The notes under the pieces were generated by a model. It made no database searches. It was not told where the DNA came from and saw only the letters and a list, made by a program, of their open reading frames with translations. The position numbers and the translations under genes are program-made. Shown here piece after piece: positions 29,272 through 38,913 of a stretch of DNA of 64,000 nucleotides (the stretch's first letter is position 1; every line of letters starts with the position of its first letter). Source of the stretch: Opitutales bacterium (GTDB lineage: Bacteria; Verrucomicrobiota; Verrucomicrobiia; Opitutales; JABSRG01); NCBI GenBank assembly GCA_028280845.1, contig JANQKZ010000032.1, forward strand, positions 74,490-138,489. The letters are read 5' to 3'.

Positions 29272-31716
29272 TTAGGGAACCACAGTAAATCGCTCCTCCT
29301 GATGGATGCTGACCGAGGAATTGCCGACCATGACCAGAAACTCGCCTGGTTCCACCACCCGTACCATGTCCGCATTGAGCAACTCCATGTGCTCCGGCTT
29401 CAGAGTGAAGTGAACCACTTGGGATTCGCCCGAGGCCAGATTCACCCGCTCAAATCCCCGCAACATTTTGTCGTAGGTGGTGACGGAGCTGACCACATCC
29501 TGAAGATAAAGCTGCACGACTTCACTTCCATAACGCTCTCCGATGTTGGTCACCGTGACTTCGACGTCTACGGAGTCGCCGGCTTGTATTTTATTTTTGG
29601 ATACGTTTAGGCCAGACAGTTCAAACTCGGTATAGCTCAAACCATGTCCAAAGGGATACAGGGGGCCCGTCACCCGGGAGAAGCCGATCCCATTGGGCCC
29701 GCGCTTCGGTTGACCCGCATTGGAAGCCGGCTTGGAGGGAAAGGATATGGGAATCTGCCCGACCGTTTTGGGAAAAGTGACCGATAACTTACCCCCCGGA
29801 TTGTAATCGCCAAAAAGAGTTTCCGCAATGGCCAGCCCGCCCAGCTCGCCGGGGAACCAGGCCTCTAGAATCGCCGGCACGTAGCGATCGGCCCAGTTCA
29901 CCGCCAGGGGGCGGCCATTGATCAAGACGAGGATAACCGGAACTCCGGTTTTATGAATTTCCTGCAGGAGTAATTCCTGGCGGCCGGGCAGCTTCAAGCT
30001 GGTCCGGGACACACTCTCACCCACCGTGCGCTCACTATCACCCAAGACGACAATGGCCAGGTCACTGGAGGTGGCTTTCTCTACCGCCTCTTGCAAGAGG
30101 GCCGCTTCGGTGGCATCCAGAGGCTGAGGCAGTATTTCGGATTCCGGCCAGGTCGGATCTACGATCTCGCACCCCTTCGCATACTCGATCTCAATCTCTG
30201 CACCCACCAGGGCCTTCAATCCCTCCAGCACCGTGACGACCTCGACATTGGAGGGGCCGTAGCGACTGATCGACCCTTCTCCATCATTCGCGTTGGGTCC
30301 CGTGACCAGAATCCGTTGGATTTGCTTCCTGTCCAGGGGAAGAATTCCATCGTTTTTCAGGAGAACCAGGGATTCATAAGTAGCCTGGGTGGCCACCTCC
30401 AGATGCTCGGGATTGCGCACGACCTGGTCCGCCAGTTCCGGGTCCCGGTATGGCGCATCAAAAAGCCCCATTTTGAACTTGTAGGCCAATACTTCCGATA
30501 CCCGTAAATCGACCAGATCCATACGGATCCGCCCGGCTTCAATCGCTTCGCGCAAGGGAAACACAAAATTCTCCGGCTTGGTGAAATTGGTGCGGATATT
30601 GACTCCCGCCTCCAGGCATTGGGCAATCGCCTCCTGGTAGGTTTCCGCGGTCCGGTGTTTGGTAAAGGGATACTCCACCGCATCGCTGTCCGATACGACA
30701 TATCCCGTAAATCCGTACTCCTCCCGCAGGAGCTCGGTCAGGAAATAGGAACTGGTGCTGACGGGGATCCCGTCCCAATCGTTGTAGGAACTCATCACTC
30801 CCATACCTCCCCCGTCTTGGATGGCCACCCGGAAGGGCTCCATGAACATGCCAAGCATTTCTCGGGGCGCCACTTTGGGATCCGTCCGGGCCTTCCCATC
30901 CCGGCCGCCTTTGGGAATGCCATAAACCGCAAAGTGTTTGGCGGTCGAAGCAACCCCTTCCGCCTGGAGACCCCGCACCATTTCCAACCCATAGGCTGAG
31001 GTAAGGAAGGGATCCTCACTGTAACACTCTACGATACGTCCCCACCGGGGGTCTCGCGGCAGGTCGAGGATGGGTGCGTAAATATTGGAATATCCCAGAG
31101 CAAAGGCCTCCCTGCCCACCATGTGGCCAATCTGCCTCACCAGTTCCAGGTTCCAGGTACTCCCCACCCCAATTTGAGCTGGCAATAAAGTAGCGGAGTC
31201 ATGGCACAATCCCCGGATGCCTTCGTTGGTGAAATCGGCCGGTATCCCCAGACGGGTCTCCTCAATGAAGAAACGCTGCACCGTATTCAGCGCCTCCACA
31301 TGCGCTCCAAAAGGATAGGAAAACTCCCGCGTACTGCCCTTGGCCACACATCGGATGGAATTATTCAGATGCTCATCGATATTCCCGATCCCATCTTTCC
31401 AGACCCGTTCATACCATTCCTCCGTGGGCAAGGGGTCTTCCAGCACTCGACAATACCCGTATAGCGTCACCAGCTGGCAGGTCTTCTCCTCCATCGTCAT
31501 CTGCGACAGTAAATCCGCCACCCGGTGCTCCACCGATGCCGCCGGATTTTCATAAATGTCCTGCTTCCCATTCTTATTCAGGTCGATCCAACCATCATGA
31601 TAAATGTCCAGGTCAGCGGCCGAGGCACAGAGATGTCCAATCACCAAAAAGCACCCGGTCACTGCCAGGTATCGGAAAGAGGACCAGAGCGGGGTATTCA
31701 CAGCATTCTCCTTCAT
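29272..31716 (-). CDS. Glycoside hydrolase family 3 (beta-glucosidase/xylosidase), secreted
   Basis: RLGIP, RDPRWGR..ECYSED, KHF, MSSYN, YVVSD (nucleophile), LYPFGHGLSYT, C-terminal Fn3-like domain. Confidence 0.95.
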   Translation of the reverse strand: MKENAVNTPLWSSFRYLAVTGCFLVIGHLCASAADLDIYHDGWIDLNKNGKQDIYENPAASVEHRVADLLSQMTMEEKTCQLVTLYGYCRVLEDPLPTEEWYERVWKDGIGNIDEHLNNSIRCVAKGSTREFSYPFGAHVEALNTVQRFFIEETRLGIPADFTNEGIRGLCHDSATLLPAQIGVGSTWNLELVRQIGHMVGREAFALGYSNIYAPILDLPRDPRWGRIVECYSEDPFLTSAYGLEMVRGLQAEGVASTAKHFAVYGIPKGGRDGKARTDPKVAPREMLGMFMEPFRVAIQDGGGMGVMSSYNDWDGIPVSTSSYFLTELLREEYGFTGYVVSDSDAVEYPFTKHRTAETYQEAIAQCLEAGVNIRTNFTKPENFVFPLREAIEAGRIRMDLVDLRVSEVLAYKFKMGLFDAPYRDPELADQVVRNPEHLEVATQATYESLVLLKNDGILPLDRKQIQRILVTGPNANDGEGSISRYGPSNVEVVTVLEGLKALVGAEIEIEYAKGCEIVDPTWPESEILPQPLDATEAALLQEAVEKATSSDLAIVVLGDSERTVGESVSRTSLKLPGRQELLLQEIHKTGVPVILVLINGRPLAVNWADRYVPAILEAWFPGELGGLAIAETLFGDYNPGGKLSVTFPKTVGQIPISFPSKPASNAGQPKRGPNGIGFSRVTGPLYPFGHGLSYTEFELSGLNVSKNKIQAGDSVDVEVTVTNIGERYGSEVVQLYLQDVVSSVTTYDKMLRGFERVNLASGESQVVHFTLKPEHMELLNADMVRVVEPGEFLVMVGNSSVSIHQEERFTVVP

Positions 31717-31840
31717 AGGATTTGTCCAGGGGGGGATAACAGGGGTTCACTCATGCCCAGGTCGGCTTGTATAGAGCGCTTCCCACGGCATACAGTTCTC
31801 ACCCTGTCCCTTGCCCCCGGCAAACACAACCGGCCAAACT

Positions 31841-31854
31841 CGGGACACGTCACG
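31841..31854. promoter_or_regulatory. Palindromic operator copy 3 (CGGGACACGTCACG)
   Basis: One mismatch to copy 2; upstream of the GH3-GH136-partner genes. Confidence 0.6.
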
Positions 31855-31894
31855 ATGGACCGCTCGTCAAATAATTCGACTGGATTTTCAGAGC

Positions 31895-32509
31895 CTAGGT
31901 TGACGACTCCGAAGGAACCGCCGCCTCTACTGTTAGAAGCCGGGTATATACCTTCACCATCGAGTCCAGATGTTCCTGAAGGTCTTCCTCCTTTTGAACG
32001 AACCGTTTCATCTCTGCCGTCGACAAATTGATCAGGCGTCCGACTTGCTGAATGGTCATGTCCAGGGACTTCAATGACTCCAGATGGAGGTCCTCGGCCC
32101 CTTCGATCGCATCACAGATCTGCACCTCGGACCAACTCATGCCCTCCATTCTCAAATCGTTGGCGAAGGAGTAACTCGACTCATATAAGTCATCCGCCAA
32201 GGGGCTTTCATGCATCAGTCGGAAGGGATCCAACACCCAATATCGAAGAACCCCTCCTAACCTTTCTTCCAATGTCCTCCACTCCTTCAGGCCCTCTGCC
32301 GCCATTTCCCGGAAACGCTCCATATATAACAATATCCCCGCCCGAAAGATCTCCACTTTGTTCGCATACTCCAGATACACCGCCGGCCGCGACATCTCCG
32401 AAGCCTCCGCAATGTCGCCCATCGTCACCCGCTTATACCCATATTTCAGGAATAGCCGTACTGCCGCATCCAATATCCGCTCTTGTTTGGTATTTATCAC
32501 ATCATTCAT
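31895..32509 (-). CDS. TetR/AcrR family transcriptional regulator
   Basis: RILDAAVRLFLKYGYKRVTMGDIAEASEMSRPAVYLEYANK HTH; divergent from the RND genes. Confidence 0.92.
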   Translation of the reverse strand: MNDVINTKQERILDAAVRLFLKYGYKRVTMGDIAEASEMSRPAVYLEYANKVEIFRAGILLYMERFREMAAEGLKEWRTLEERLGGVLRYWVLDPFRLMHESPLADDLYESSYSFANDLRMEGMSWSEVQICDAIEGAEDLHLESLKSLDMTIQQVGRLINLSTAEMKRFVQKEEDLQEHLDSMVKVYTRLLTVEAAVPSESST

Positions 32510-32510
32510 G

Positions 32511-32573
32511 TTGACAGATTTTGTTTTTTTGTCAATTTCTGACGTTATAACAAATTTACAAAAAATGTCAGAA
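32511..32573. promoter_or_regulatory. Candidate TetR operators
   Basis: TTGACA-N13-TGTCAA (32511-32535) and TAACA-N13-TGTCA (32548-32570); TTCTGAC...GTCAGAA also inverted. Confidence 0.65.
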
Positions 32574-33680
32574 GGATATAAATTCAATTCATACCGCATG
32601 CTGCTGGTGGTGGGAACCGTTCTGGGAATCGGCATGCTCTTGGGTCTTTCCGGGTGCAGCAAACCCGCCGAGGAGACTGCCGCCCTGCTGCCTCGCCCGA
32701 TCAAAGTCTTCGAAGTGCACAACGGAGGGGTAGCCCAGGTCCTGGAATATCCAGGCCAGATTGAAGCCGCCCAGATCAGTCTGAAATCGTTTGAGGTGGA
32801 GGGACGCATCATCGAAATGCACGTCAAAGAAGGGCAGGAAGTTCACAAGGGAGAGATCCTGGCTCAACTGGACCCCCGGGACTATCGATCAGATCGCGAT
32901 TTTGCCCAAGCCAACTATGATGCCGCCCTATCTGTAGCCGACCGGGTGCGGCGCCTCTTTCAACAAGACGCGATATCCCGCCAGGAACTCGATATCGCTG
33001 AACGGGACCTGAAAACGGCACAAGCTAACCTGGATCGGGCCCAGAAAGCCCTGGAAGACACCACCATGGTGGCAGATTTCGAAGGGAAAATCGCTCGGAT
33101 CTACGTAGATGACTTTGCCAACGTCGTCGCTAAGGAGCAGGTGCTTGTGCTATTGGACGATTCCAAACTGGAAATCGTGGTTCAGGTTCCCGAAAGTGTC
33201 ATGGCCATTCCGGTTGAGGGAGAGACCGACGCTGAACGGGTGGCCCGGGCCCAGCCTGTTGTTATCCTGAGTGCGATACCAGACAAGGAGTATCCTGCCA
33301 TACTCAAAGAGGCTTCAGAGACTCCGGACCCCATAACCCGCACCTACGAAGTTACCCTTGAATTTGATCCGGAGGAAGACCACCTTGTCATGCCGGGAAT
33401 GACAGCCAAGGTGAAGGCCGTCATTCCCCCAAATGATACCACCCGGTCTGCGGGTTATGTGGTTCCGGCAAATAGCATAGTGACCGATTGGGAAGGCAAA
33501 CCCTTTGTCTGGAAATTAGATCCTGAATCCATGACGGTCAGCAAAGTACTGATCGAGGCCGGGGCCATGACCGAAGATGTAGTATCTGTTCAAGGCGAAG
33601 TCAGCAGTGGTGACCTTATCGCCGCCTCCGGCGTTGCCTACCTGTCCGAGGGCCAGGAAGTCCGCATCTGGAATCCGTAG
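32565..33680 (+). CDS. RND efflux periplasmic adaptor (membrane fusion protein), lipoprotein
   Basis: Lipobox LSGC, SFEVEGRI..VKEGQEV.KGE.LAQLD, DPITRTY, PGMTA. Confidence 0.93.
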   Translation: MSEGYKFNSYRMLLVVGTVLGIGMLLGLSGCSKPAEETAALLPRPIKVFEVHNGGVAQVLEYPGQIEAAQISLKSFEVEGRIIEMHVKEGQEVHKGEILAQLDPRDYRSDRDFAQANYDAALSVADRVRRLFQQDAISRQELDIAERDLKTAQANLDRAQKALEDTTMVADFEGKIARIYVDDFANVVAKEQVLVLLDDSKLEIVVQVPESVMAIPVEGETDAERVARAQPVVILSAIPDKEYPAILKEASETPDPITRTYEVTLEFDPEEDHLVMPGMTAKVKAVIPPNDTTRSAGYVVPANSIVTDWEGKPFVWKLDPESMTVSKVLIEAGAMTEDVVSVQGEVSSGDLIAASGVAYLSEGQEVRIWNP

Positions 33681-33707
33681 GCATTCCACCCAGCACCTTA
33701 ACTAGCC

Positions 33708-36700
33708 ATGAACCCTGCAGCATTCAGTCTTAAACATAAGACGACAACGACTGTTTTAACGGTCGTGCTCTTCCTGGGCGGTCTCTCCAGTTTCCTCAAC
33801 ATGAGCCGCCTGGAAGACCCTGAGTTTACCATCAAAGACGCCCTCGTCGTCACCCCTTACCCAGGCGCCTCCGCCCAGGAAGTGGAACAGGAAGTGACCG
33901 ATGAAATTGAAACAGCGATCCAACAGCTCGGTCAGCTCGACGAAATTGAATCCCGCTCCGAGCGCGGCCTCTCCATCGTCACTGTATCCATCAAGGACTC
34001 GTATGATGCAGCCACCCTGCCCCAGGTTTGGGATGAACTGCGGCGCAAAGTGGGAGATGCCCAGGCCCAACTTCCCCCCGGAACTCAGGAATCCATGGTT
34101 ATTGATGACTATGGCGATGTCTTTGGCGTCTACATGGTACTCTACGGTGAGGAGTATTCCTACGCCGAATTGAAGGAGGTAGCCGATTACCTGAAGCGGG
34201 AACTGCTGCTGGTCCAGGATGTGGCCCGCATTGAGTTGCACGGCTACCGAACCGAGGCCATCTTCATTGAGCCCAAACGGGAAATCCTCTCCCAGATCGG
34301 AATCTCCTCCGAGCAAATAGGCCAGAGCCTGATCCAGAAAAACCTCGCCATCGACACCGGTCGGGTCCGCATGGGCAAAGAGTTCATCACCATCGACCCT
34401 ACTGGAGAAATCAACCGGATCGAAGACTTCGAAGACCTCGCCATTTCTTACTCTGGCCGCCAGTTCTATTTGAAGGACATCGCAGATGTGCACCGAGGCT
34501 ATGTCGACCCCCAGGATGACATCATCACTTACGATGGCATGCCCGGCATAGCCCTGGGAATCTCCACCATCTCCGGTGGCAATGTGGTTCGCATGGGGGA
34601 AGCCATCGACCAACGCTTAGATGAAATCCGATCTGAACTTCCGCTTGGAATGGAGATCGGTATTGTATCCCATCAGGCCACCTCCGTCGTCAAAGCGATC
34701 GACGGATTTACCGCCAGCCTGATTCAGGCCCTGGTCATCGTGGTCGGCGTACTTTTGCTTTTTATGGGGGTCCGGAGCGGGCTTCTGATCGGGTTCATCC
34801 TCCTGCTCACGATTATTGGGAGCTTTCTCTTCCTTCAACCCATGGGCGTGGCCTTGGAACGCATCTCACTCGGGGCTCTCATCATCGCTCTGGGGATGTT
34901 GGTGGATAATGCCATCGTCGTCATTGATGGGATGCTGAATGGAATCAAACGGGGGAAAACTCGCGAGCAAGCCGCTATCGACACCGTGAGGCAATCCGCC
35001 CTTCCCTTATTAGGTGCCACCCTGATCGCCATTTTCGCCTTCGCCGCCATTGGCACCACCGACAATGCCGCCGGTGAATTCTGCCGGTCGCTGTTTTATG
35101 TCATTTGTACATCCCTGCTGCTCAGCTGGGTCACCGCCGTGACCGTTACCCCACTGCTGGCCGTGATCGTCCTGAAGGGCCCCAAGGTGGATATGGGTTC
35201 CAAAGACACGCCAAGTCCTGACCTCTTCAACAACCGGTTCTACCGGGTTTATAAATCGATCCTTCAGGGGCTCATCCACTTCCGCTGGATCACCGTGACC
35301 GTGGTCGGCCTGCTCTTCTTTGCATCGTTGTGGGGCTTCGGTTACGTCAAGCAGGCCTTCTTCCCGCCCTCCACCCGGGCTCAGTACATGGTAGACCTGT
35401 GGCTGCCCCAGGGTGCTCATATCGAGGAGACCCAGGCCCACGTGAACGAGCTGGAATCCTGGTTGAAGGAACAGGATGGCATCCAGCATGTGACATCTGT
35501 TCTCGGTCGGGGCGCCCTCCGCTTCATCCTGACCTATGCTCCGGAAATGGCCAACCCGGCCTATGCCCAGTTGCTGATTGATGTGGACGATGCCAAACAC
35601 ATCCCTGAATTCATCAACAGCACTGAAGCCTTCATTCATGAAAACCTCCCCGACGCCACCGGCTATGGGACCAAGTTTGAGCTGGGTCCTGGGGAGAAAG
35701 GCAAAATTCAAGCCCGCTTTCTTGGTTCCGATCCCAATGAGCTTCGCCGGCTCGCCAGTTCCGCCCAGGAAATTTTCGAATCCCACTCCAATACCAAATC
35801 CGTCCGGACCGATTGGCGCCAACGCGTCAAACTGCTGCGCCCCCAACTGGCTGAGGATCGCGCCAGCCTCCTCGGCATCGGCAAAACCGAGCTCGCCTAC
35901 GCCATCCGTCAGGCCTTTGAAGGCCAGTCCGTCGGCGTCTACCGGGAGGGCGACCTGCTCCTGCCCATCATCATCCGGGCCACCGAGCGCGAGCGGAACG
36001 ACTTCGGCCAGCTCGAAAGCATCCACATCTGGAGCCCGGTCGCCCAGCGGCGAGTCCCCCTCTCCCAGGTGATCTCCGGCACCGAAATTGTCTTCGAGGA
36101 CGAAATTCTCATGCGCCTCAACCGCAAACCCACAATCACTGTTTATGCGGACCCCATTGAAGGAACTGCCAGTGCCCTCTTTGAAGAGCTCCGTCCTCAA
36201 ATTGAAGCACTCGAACTTCCGTCCGGTTACGAATTGGTCTGGTATGGCGAATACAAAAATTCCAACGATGCGAATGAAGCCCTTGCTGCGGGGATTCCTT
36301 TCTTCTTTCTGCTTATGGTGCTCACCACCATCACCCTGTTCAATTCACTCCGGCAACCTTTAGTCATTTGGATGTGCGTCCCCCTATCCATCATAGGGGT
36401 AACGGTTGGCCTCCTGACCACGGGCCAACCGTTTACCTTCATGGCTCTCCTCGGAGTCATCAGTCTCTCCGGAATGCTGATCAAAAACGCCATTGTCATG
36501 ATCGATGAGCTCAATGCCCAGGTGGGACGCGGGAAGGCCCTCTATCAAGCCATCGTTGACTCTGCCGCCAGCCGCCTGCTCCCCGTCGCCATGGCAGCCT
36601 CCACTACCGCCCTGGGCATGATCCCTCTCCTCTTTGACGACTTTTTCGCCGCCATGGCCGTCACTATCGTCTTCGGACTCCTATTTGCCACCATCCTGAC

Positions 36701-36761
36701 CACCCTGGTCCTGCCCGTTTTTTATTCCATCCTCTTCCGGGTGAAACCCACAACCGCATAG
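33708..36761 (+). CDS. RND efflux transporter permease (AcrB/AcrD/AcrF family)
   Basis: 1017 aa; RLEDPEFTIK, YPGAS, GMLVDNAIV, GMLIKNAIV, RLLPV. No outer-membrane factor gene adjacent. Confidence 0.96.
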   Translation: MNPAAFSLKHKTTTTVLTVVLFLGGLSSFLNMSRLEDPEFTIKDALVVTPYPGASAQEVEQEVTDEIETAIQQLGQLDEIESRSERGLSIVTVSIKDSYDAATLPQVWDELRRKVGDAQAQLPPGTQESMVIDDYGDVFGVYMVLYGEEYSYAELKEVADYLKRELLLVQDVARIELHGYRTEAIFIEPKREILSQIGISSEQIGQSLIQKNLAIDTGRVRMGKEFITIDPTGEINRIEDFEDLAISYSGRQFYLKDIADVHRGYVDPQDDIITYDGMPGIALGISTISGGNVVRMGEAIDQRLDEIRSELPLGMEIGIVSHQATSVVKAIDGFTASLIQALVIVVGVLLLFMGVRSGLLIGFILLLTIIGSFLFLQPMGVALERISLGALIIALGMLVDNAIVVIDGMLNGIKRGKTREQAAIDTVRQSALPLLGATLIAIFAFAAIGTTDNAAGEFCRSLFYVICTSLLLSWVTAVTVTPLLAVIVLKGPKVDMGSKDTPSPDLFNNRFYRVYKSILQGLIHFRWITVTVVGLLFFASLWGFGYVKQAFFPPSTRAQYMVDLWLPQGAHIEETQAHVNELESWLKEQDGIQHVTSVLGRGALRFILTYAPEMANPAYAQLLIDVDDAKHIPEFINSTEAFIHENLPDATGYGTKFELGPGEKGKIQARFLGSDPNELRRLASSAQEIFESHSNTKSVRTDWRQRVKLLRPQLAEDRASLLGIGKTELAYAIRQAFEGQSVGVYREGDLLLPIIIRATERERNDFGQLESIHIWSPVAQRRVPLSQVISGTEIVFEDEILMRLNRKPTITVYADPIEGTASALFEELRPQIEALELPSGYELVWYGEYKNSNDANEALAAGIPFFFLLMVLTTITLFNSLRQPLVIWMCVPLSIIGVTVGLLTTGQPFTFMALLGVISLSGMLIKNAIVMIDELNAQVGRGKALYQAIVDSAASRLLPVAMAASTTALGMIPLLFDDFFAAMAVTIVFGLLFATILTTLVLPVFYSILFRVKPTTA

Positions 36762-36912
36762 GGCGCACGCTCGTAAATGAGCGGGCGCGGCGGAAACGAT
36801 TACTACGAATCAGGGGCGAAGACTTGAGGAAGTCCATCAGCCAAGTCGAAGGGCTGCGCCCAAGAGACCAAATCGACCCGAACCCAGGTAGGGCTGGACC
36901 CCCGGGCCAGTC
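36758..36912. repeat. Two REP-like hairpins, each preceded by RTAG
   Basis: ATAG-GGCGCACGCTC GTAAAT GAGCGGGCGC near 36758 and GTAG-GGCTGGACCCCCGGGCCAGTC at 36888-36912. Confidence 0.4.
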
Positions 36913-36939
36913 GGATCTACGGTAATCCCGAGATCCACC

Positions 36940-37986
36940 ATGCCCCATCCCCCATCCCCTGCCTGGAAAAAAACCAAACTGCTCGACTTTAAGCATGGAT
37001 ACAGCATCGCCGTAACCCGGAACGGAACGGAGCCTCAGCTGTTCATCGGTTCAGAGGTGGAAGGCCCCTCCCTGGCCCTCTCCCTGGATGGACAATGCGT
37101 AACTGAATTCGCCAAAGGCCCCGGGGGATCCATGGCCATCATCCCTGCCCCTGACAGAGACCACTGCCTCCTCTCCATTGCTGGTATGTTCCCCCCATTT
37201 ATCGGACAGGCTGGGGCGATCCTTAAACACGAGCGCAAAGAAAAGGGATGGGGTTCCACCGAATTGGTGAAGCTTCCCTTTGCTCACCGCATGGACTTCC
37301 TCGAAACTGCCCTTGGGCGGACCGTCCTCATCGTCGCTGCCGTGGCCCAGGACAAGCATAACCCAGATGACTGGGAACACCCCGGCCCCATCCTGGCCCT
37401 ACCCTGGGATCCAGAGTCCGGCGGGCTCGGTCAGCCCGAAACCCTCGATCTGGCCCTGGTTCGCAACCACGGCATGCTTCGCAAACCACTAGACGATCGA
37501 GACGCCGTCTGGGTGTCCGGGGCAGAAGGCATTTTTGCCATTCAACCCGCTCCCGATCTGAGCGGCTGGGCCATCCAGCAGTGCTTTGATCGAGAAGTGA
37601 GTGAGTTTGTCTTCCTCGATCTGGATGGAGACGGACATGAAGAACTGATCACCATTGAACCCTTTCATGGGAACCTTTTCCGTGTCTACCGCCGGGTTGG
37701 CCAGACTTGGGAACTGACCTTCGAGGATACCCTTTCCTTCGGGCATGGCCTGGCCGCCACTGCCTACCAGGGGTATCCCATGGTTGCCGTGGGCAACCGT
37801 GCTGATCACCGCAGCCTCTTCCTCTACAACTGGAACGCTTCCCCCTTGGATACTCCAAAGAAATCGATCCTCGACCGTGATGTCGGCCCGACCCAAACCC
37901 TGTTCTTCGAGCATGACCATGCCCTCCACCTGCTGTCCTGCAACCCCACCCAGGATGAATTGGCCTGCTACACCTTCAACCCCTAA
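36940..37986 (+). CDS. Beta-propeller protein (FG-GAP-like), resembling the aldos-2-ulose dehydratase propeller
   Basis: His motifs FAHR, RNHG, IEPFHGN..RVY, FGHG and DLDGDG Ca-type loop; no signal peptide. Confidence 0.6.
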   Translation: MPHPPSPAWKKTKLLDFKHGYSIAVTRNGTEPQLFIGSEVEGPSLALSLDGQCVTEFAKGPGGSMAIIPAPDRDHCLLSIAGMFPPFIGQAGAILKHERKEKGWGSTELVKLPFAHRMDFLETALGRTVLIVAAVAQDKHNPDDWEHPGPILALPWDPESGGLGQPETLDLALVRNHGMLRKPLDDRDAVWVSGAEGIFAIQPAPDLSGWAIQQCFDREVSEFVFLDLDGDGHEELITIEPFHGNLFRVYRRVGQTWELTFEDTLSFGHGLAATAYQGYPMVAVGNRADHRSLFLYNWNASPLDTPKKSILDRDVGPTQTLFFEHDHALHLLSCNPTQDELACYTFNP

Positions 37987-38006
37987 TCACTCTCTCCCGG
38001 TTTTCT

Positions 38007-38864
38007 ATGTCTGAAAAAATTGGTTTCATCGGCCTCGGAGTCATGGGGCGTCCCATGGCCAGCCATTTGGCCAGCCACGTCCCACTTACGGTTTACGACC
38101 TGGATCCTGAAAAAACCGCTGCCATTCCCGGGGCCACTCCGGCCACCACCGTGACCGAAGTCGGCCAGGAGGCCAGTTACGTGCTCCTTTCCCTCCTCAA
38201 TTCCAAGGTAGTCGAAGAAGTCACCGTGGGCCCGGAGGGACTCCTCCATGCCATGCCAGCCGAGAGCACGGTCATCGACCTCAGCACCACCGAACCCGCC
38301 GTCTCCCGGTCCGTGGCCCAGACGCTCGCCACTCGCGGAATCCATTTCCTCGATGCACCCGTCAGCGGTGGCGAAGGAGGAGCCAAACAGGGAGAACTCG
38401 CCATCATGGCTGGCGGCGATCCTAATGTATTCAAAAAATCAATACACCTGCTAAACACCTTTGCCAAATCCGTTGTTCACCTCGGCCCGGTGGGTGCGGG
38501 CGGGGTCACCAAGTTGGCCAACAACATGATCGTGGCCTCCACCTTTGCCACCATTGCTGAAGCCTTCGCCCTGGCTCAGAAAAATGGTCTCGATTGCGCC
38601 ACGGTATACCACGCCATCAAAGACGGCTGGGCCGCCTCACCCGTCCTTGATGTAGCCGCCAGGGACATAATCTCCGGGGAGTTTAACCCCGGGGGAACCA
38701 TCGACATGCTCCTCAAGGACATGCACTACGCCCTCAACCTGGCAGAGGAGTCCCAATCCTCCACCCCCATGACTTCGACCCTGGTCGAACTGAACCAGAA
38801 AGCCCAACAGCTTGGCCTGGGTCAGCGCTCTCAAGCTGCTCTCATCCAGCTTTGGACCCAATAA
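38007..38864 (+). CDS. Beta-hydroxyacid dehydrogenase (GarR/MmsB family)
   Basis: IGFIGLGVMG, DAPVSGG, KLANN, KDM. Confidence 0.92.
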   Translation: MSEKIGFIGLGVMGRPMASHLASHVPLTVYDLDPEKTAAIPGATPATTVTEVGQEASYVLLSLLNSKVVEEVTVGPEGLLHAMPAESTVIDLSTTEPAVSRSVAQTLATRGIHFLDAPVSGGEGGAKQGELAIMAGGDPNVFKKSIHLLNTFAKSVVHLGPVGAGGVTKLANNMIVASTFATIAEAFALAQKNGLDCATVYHAIKDGWAASPVLDVAARDIISGEFNPGGTIDMLLKDMHYALNLAEESQSSTPMTSTLVELNQKAQQLGLGQRSQAALIQLWTQ

Positions 38865-38913
38865 CCAACGCCGGGGAGCTCTAGGCAGTATTGTGGGTAA
38901 TTAAAGACGCTGC

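Noticed and set aside
32358-32827. Apparent head-to-head overlap of the TetR and MFP ORFs
   Set aside because: Artefact of longest-ORF calling; likely starts at 32509 and 32565 leave a 55-bp spacer.
36758-36912. Active REP/RAYT system
   Set aside because: Only two dissimilar hairpins and no RAYT transposase in the window.
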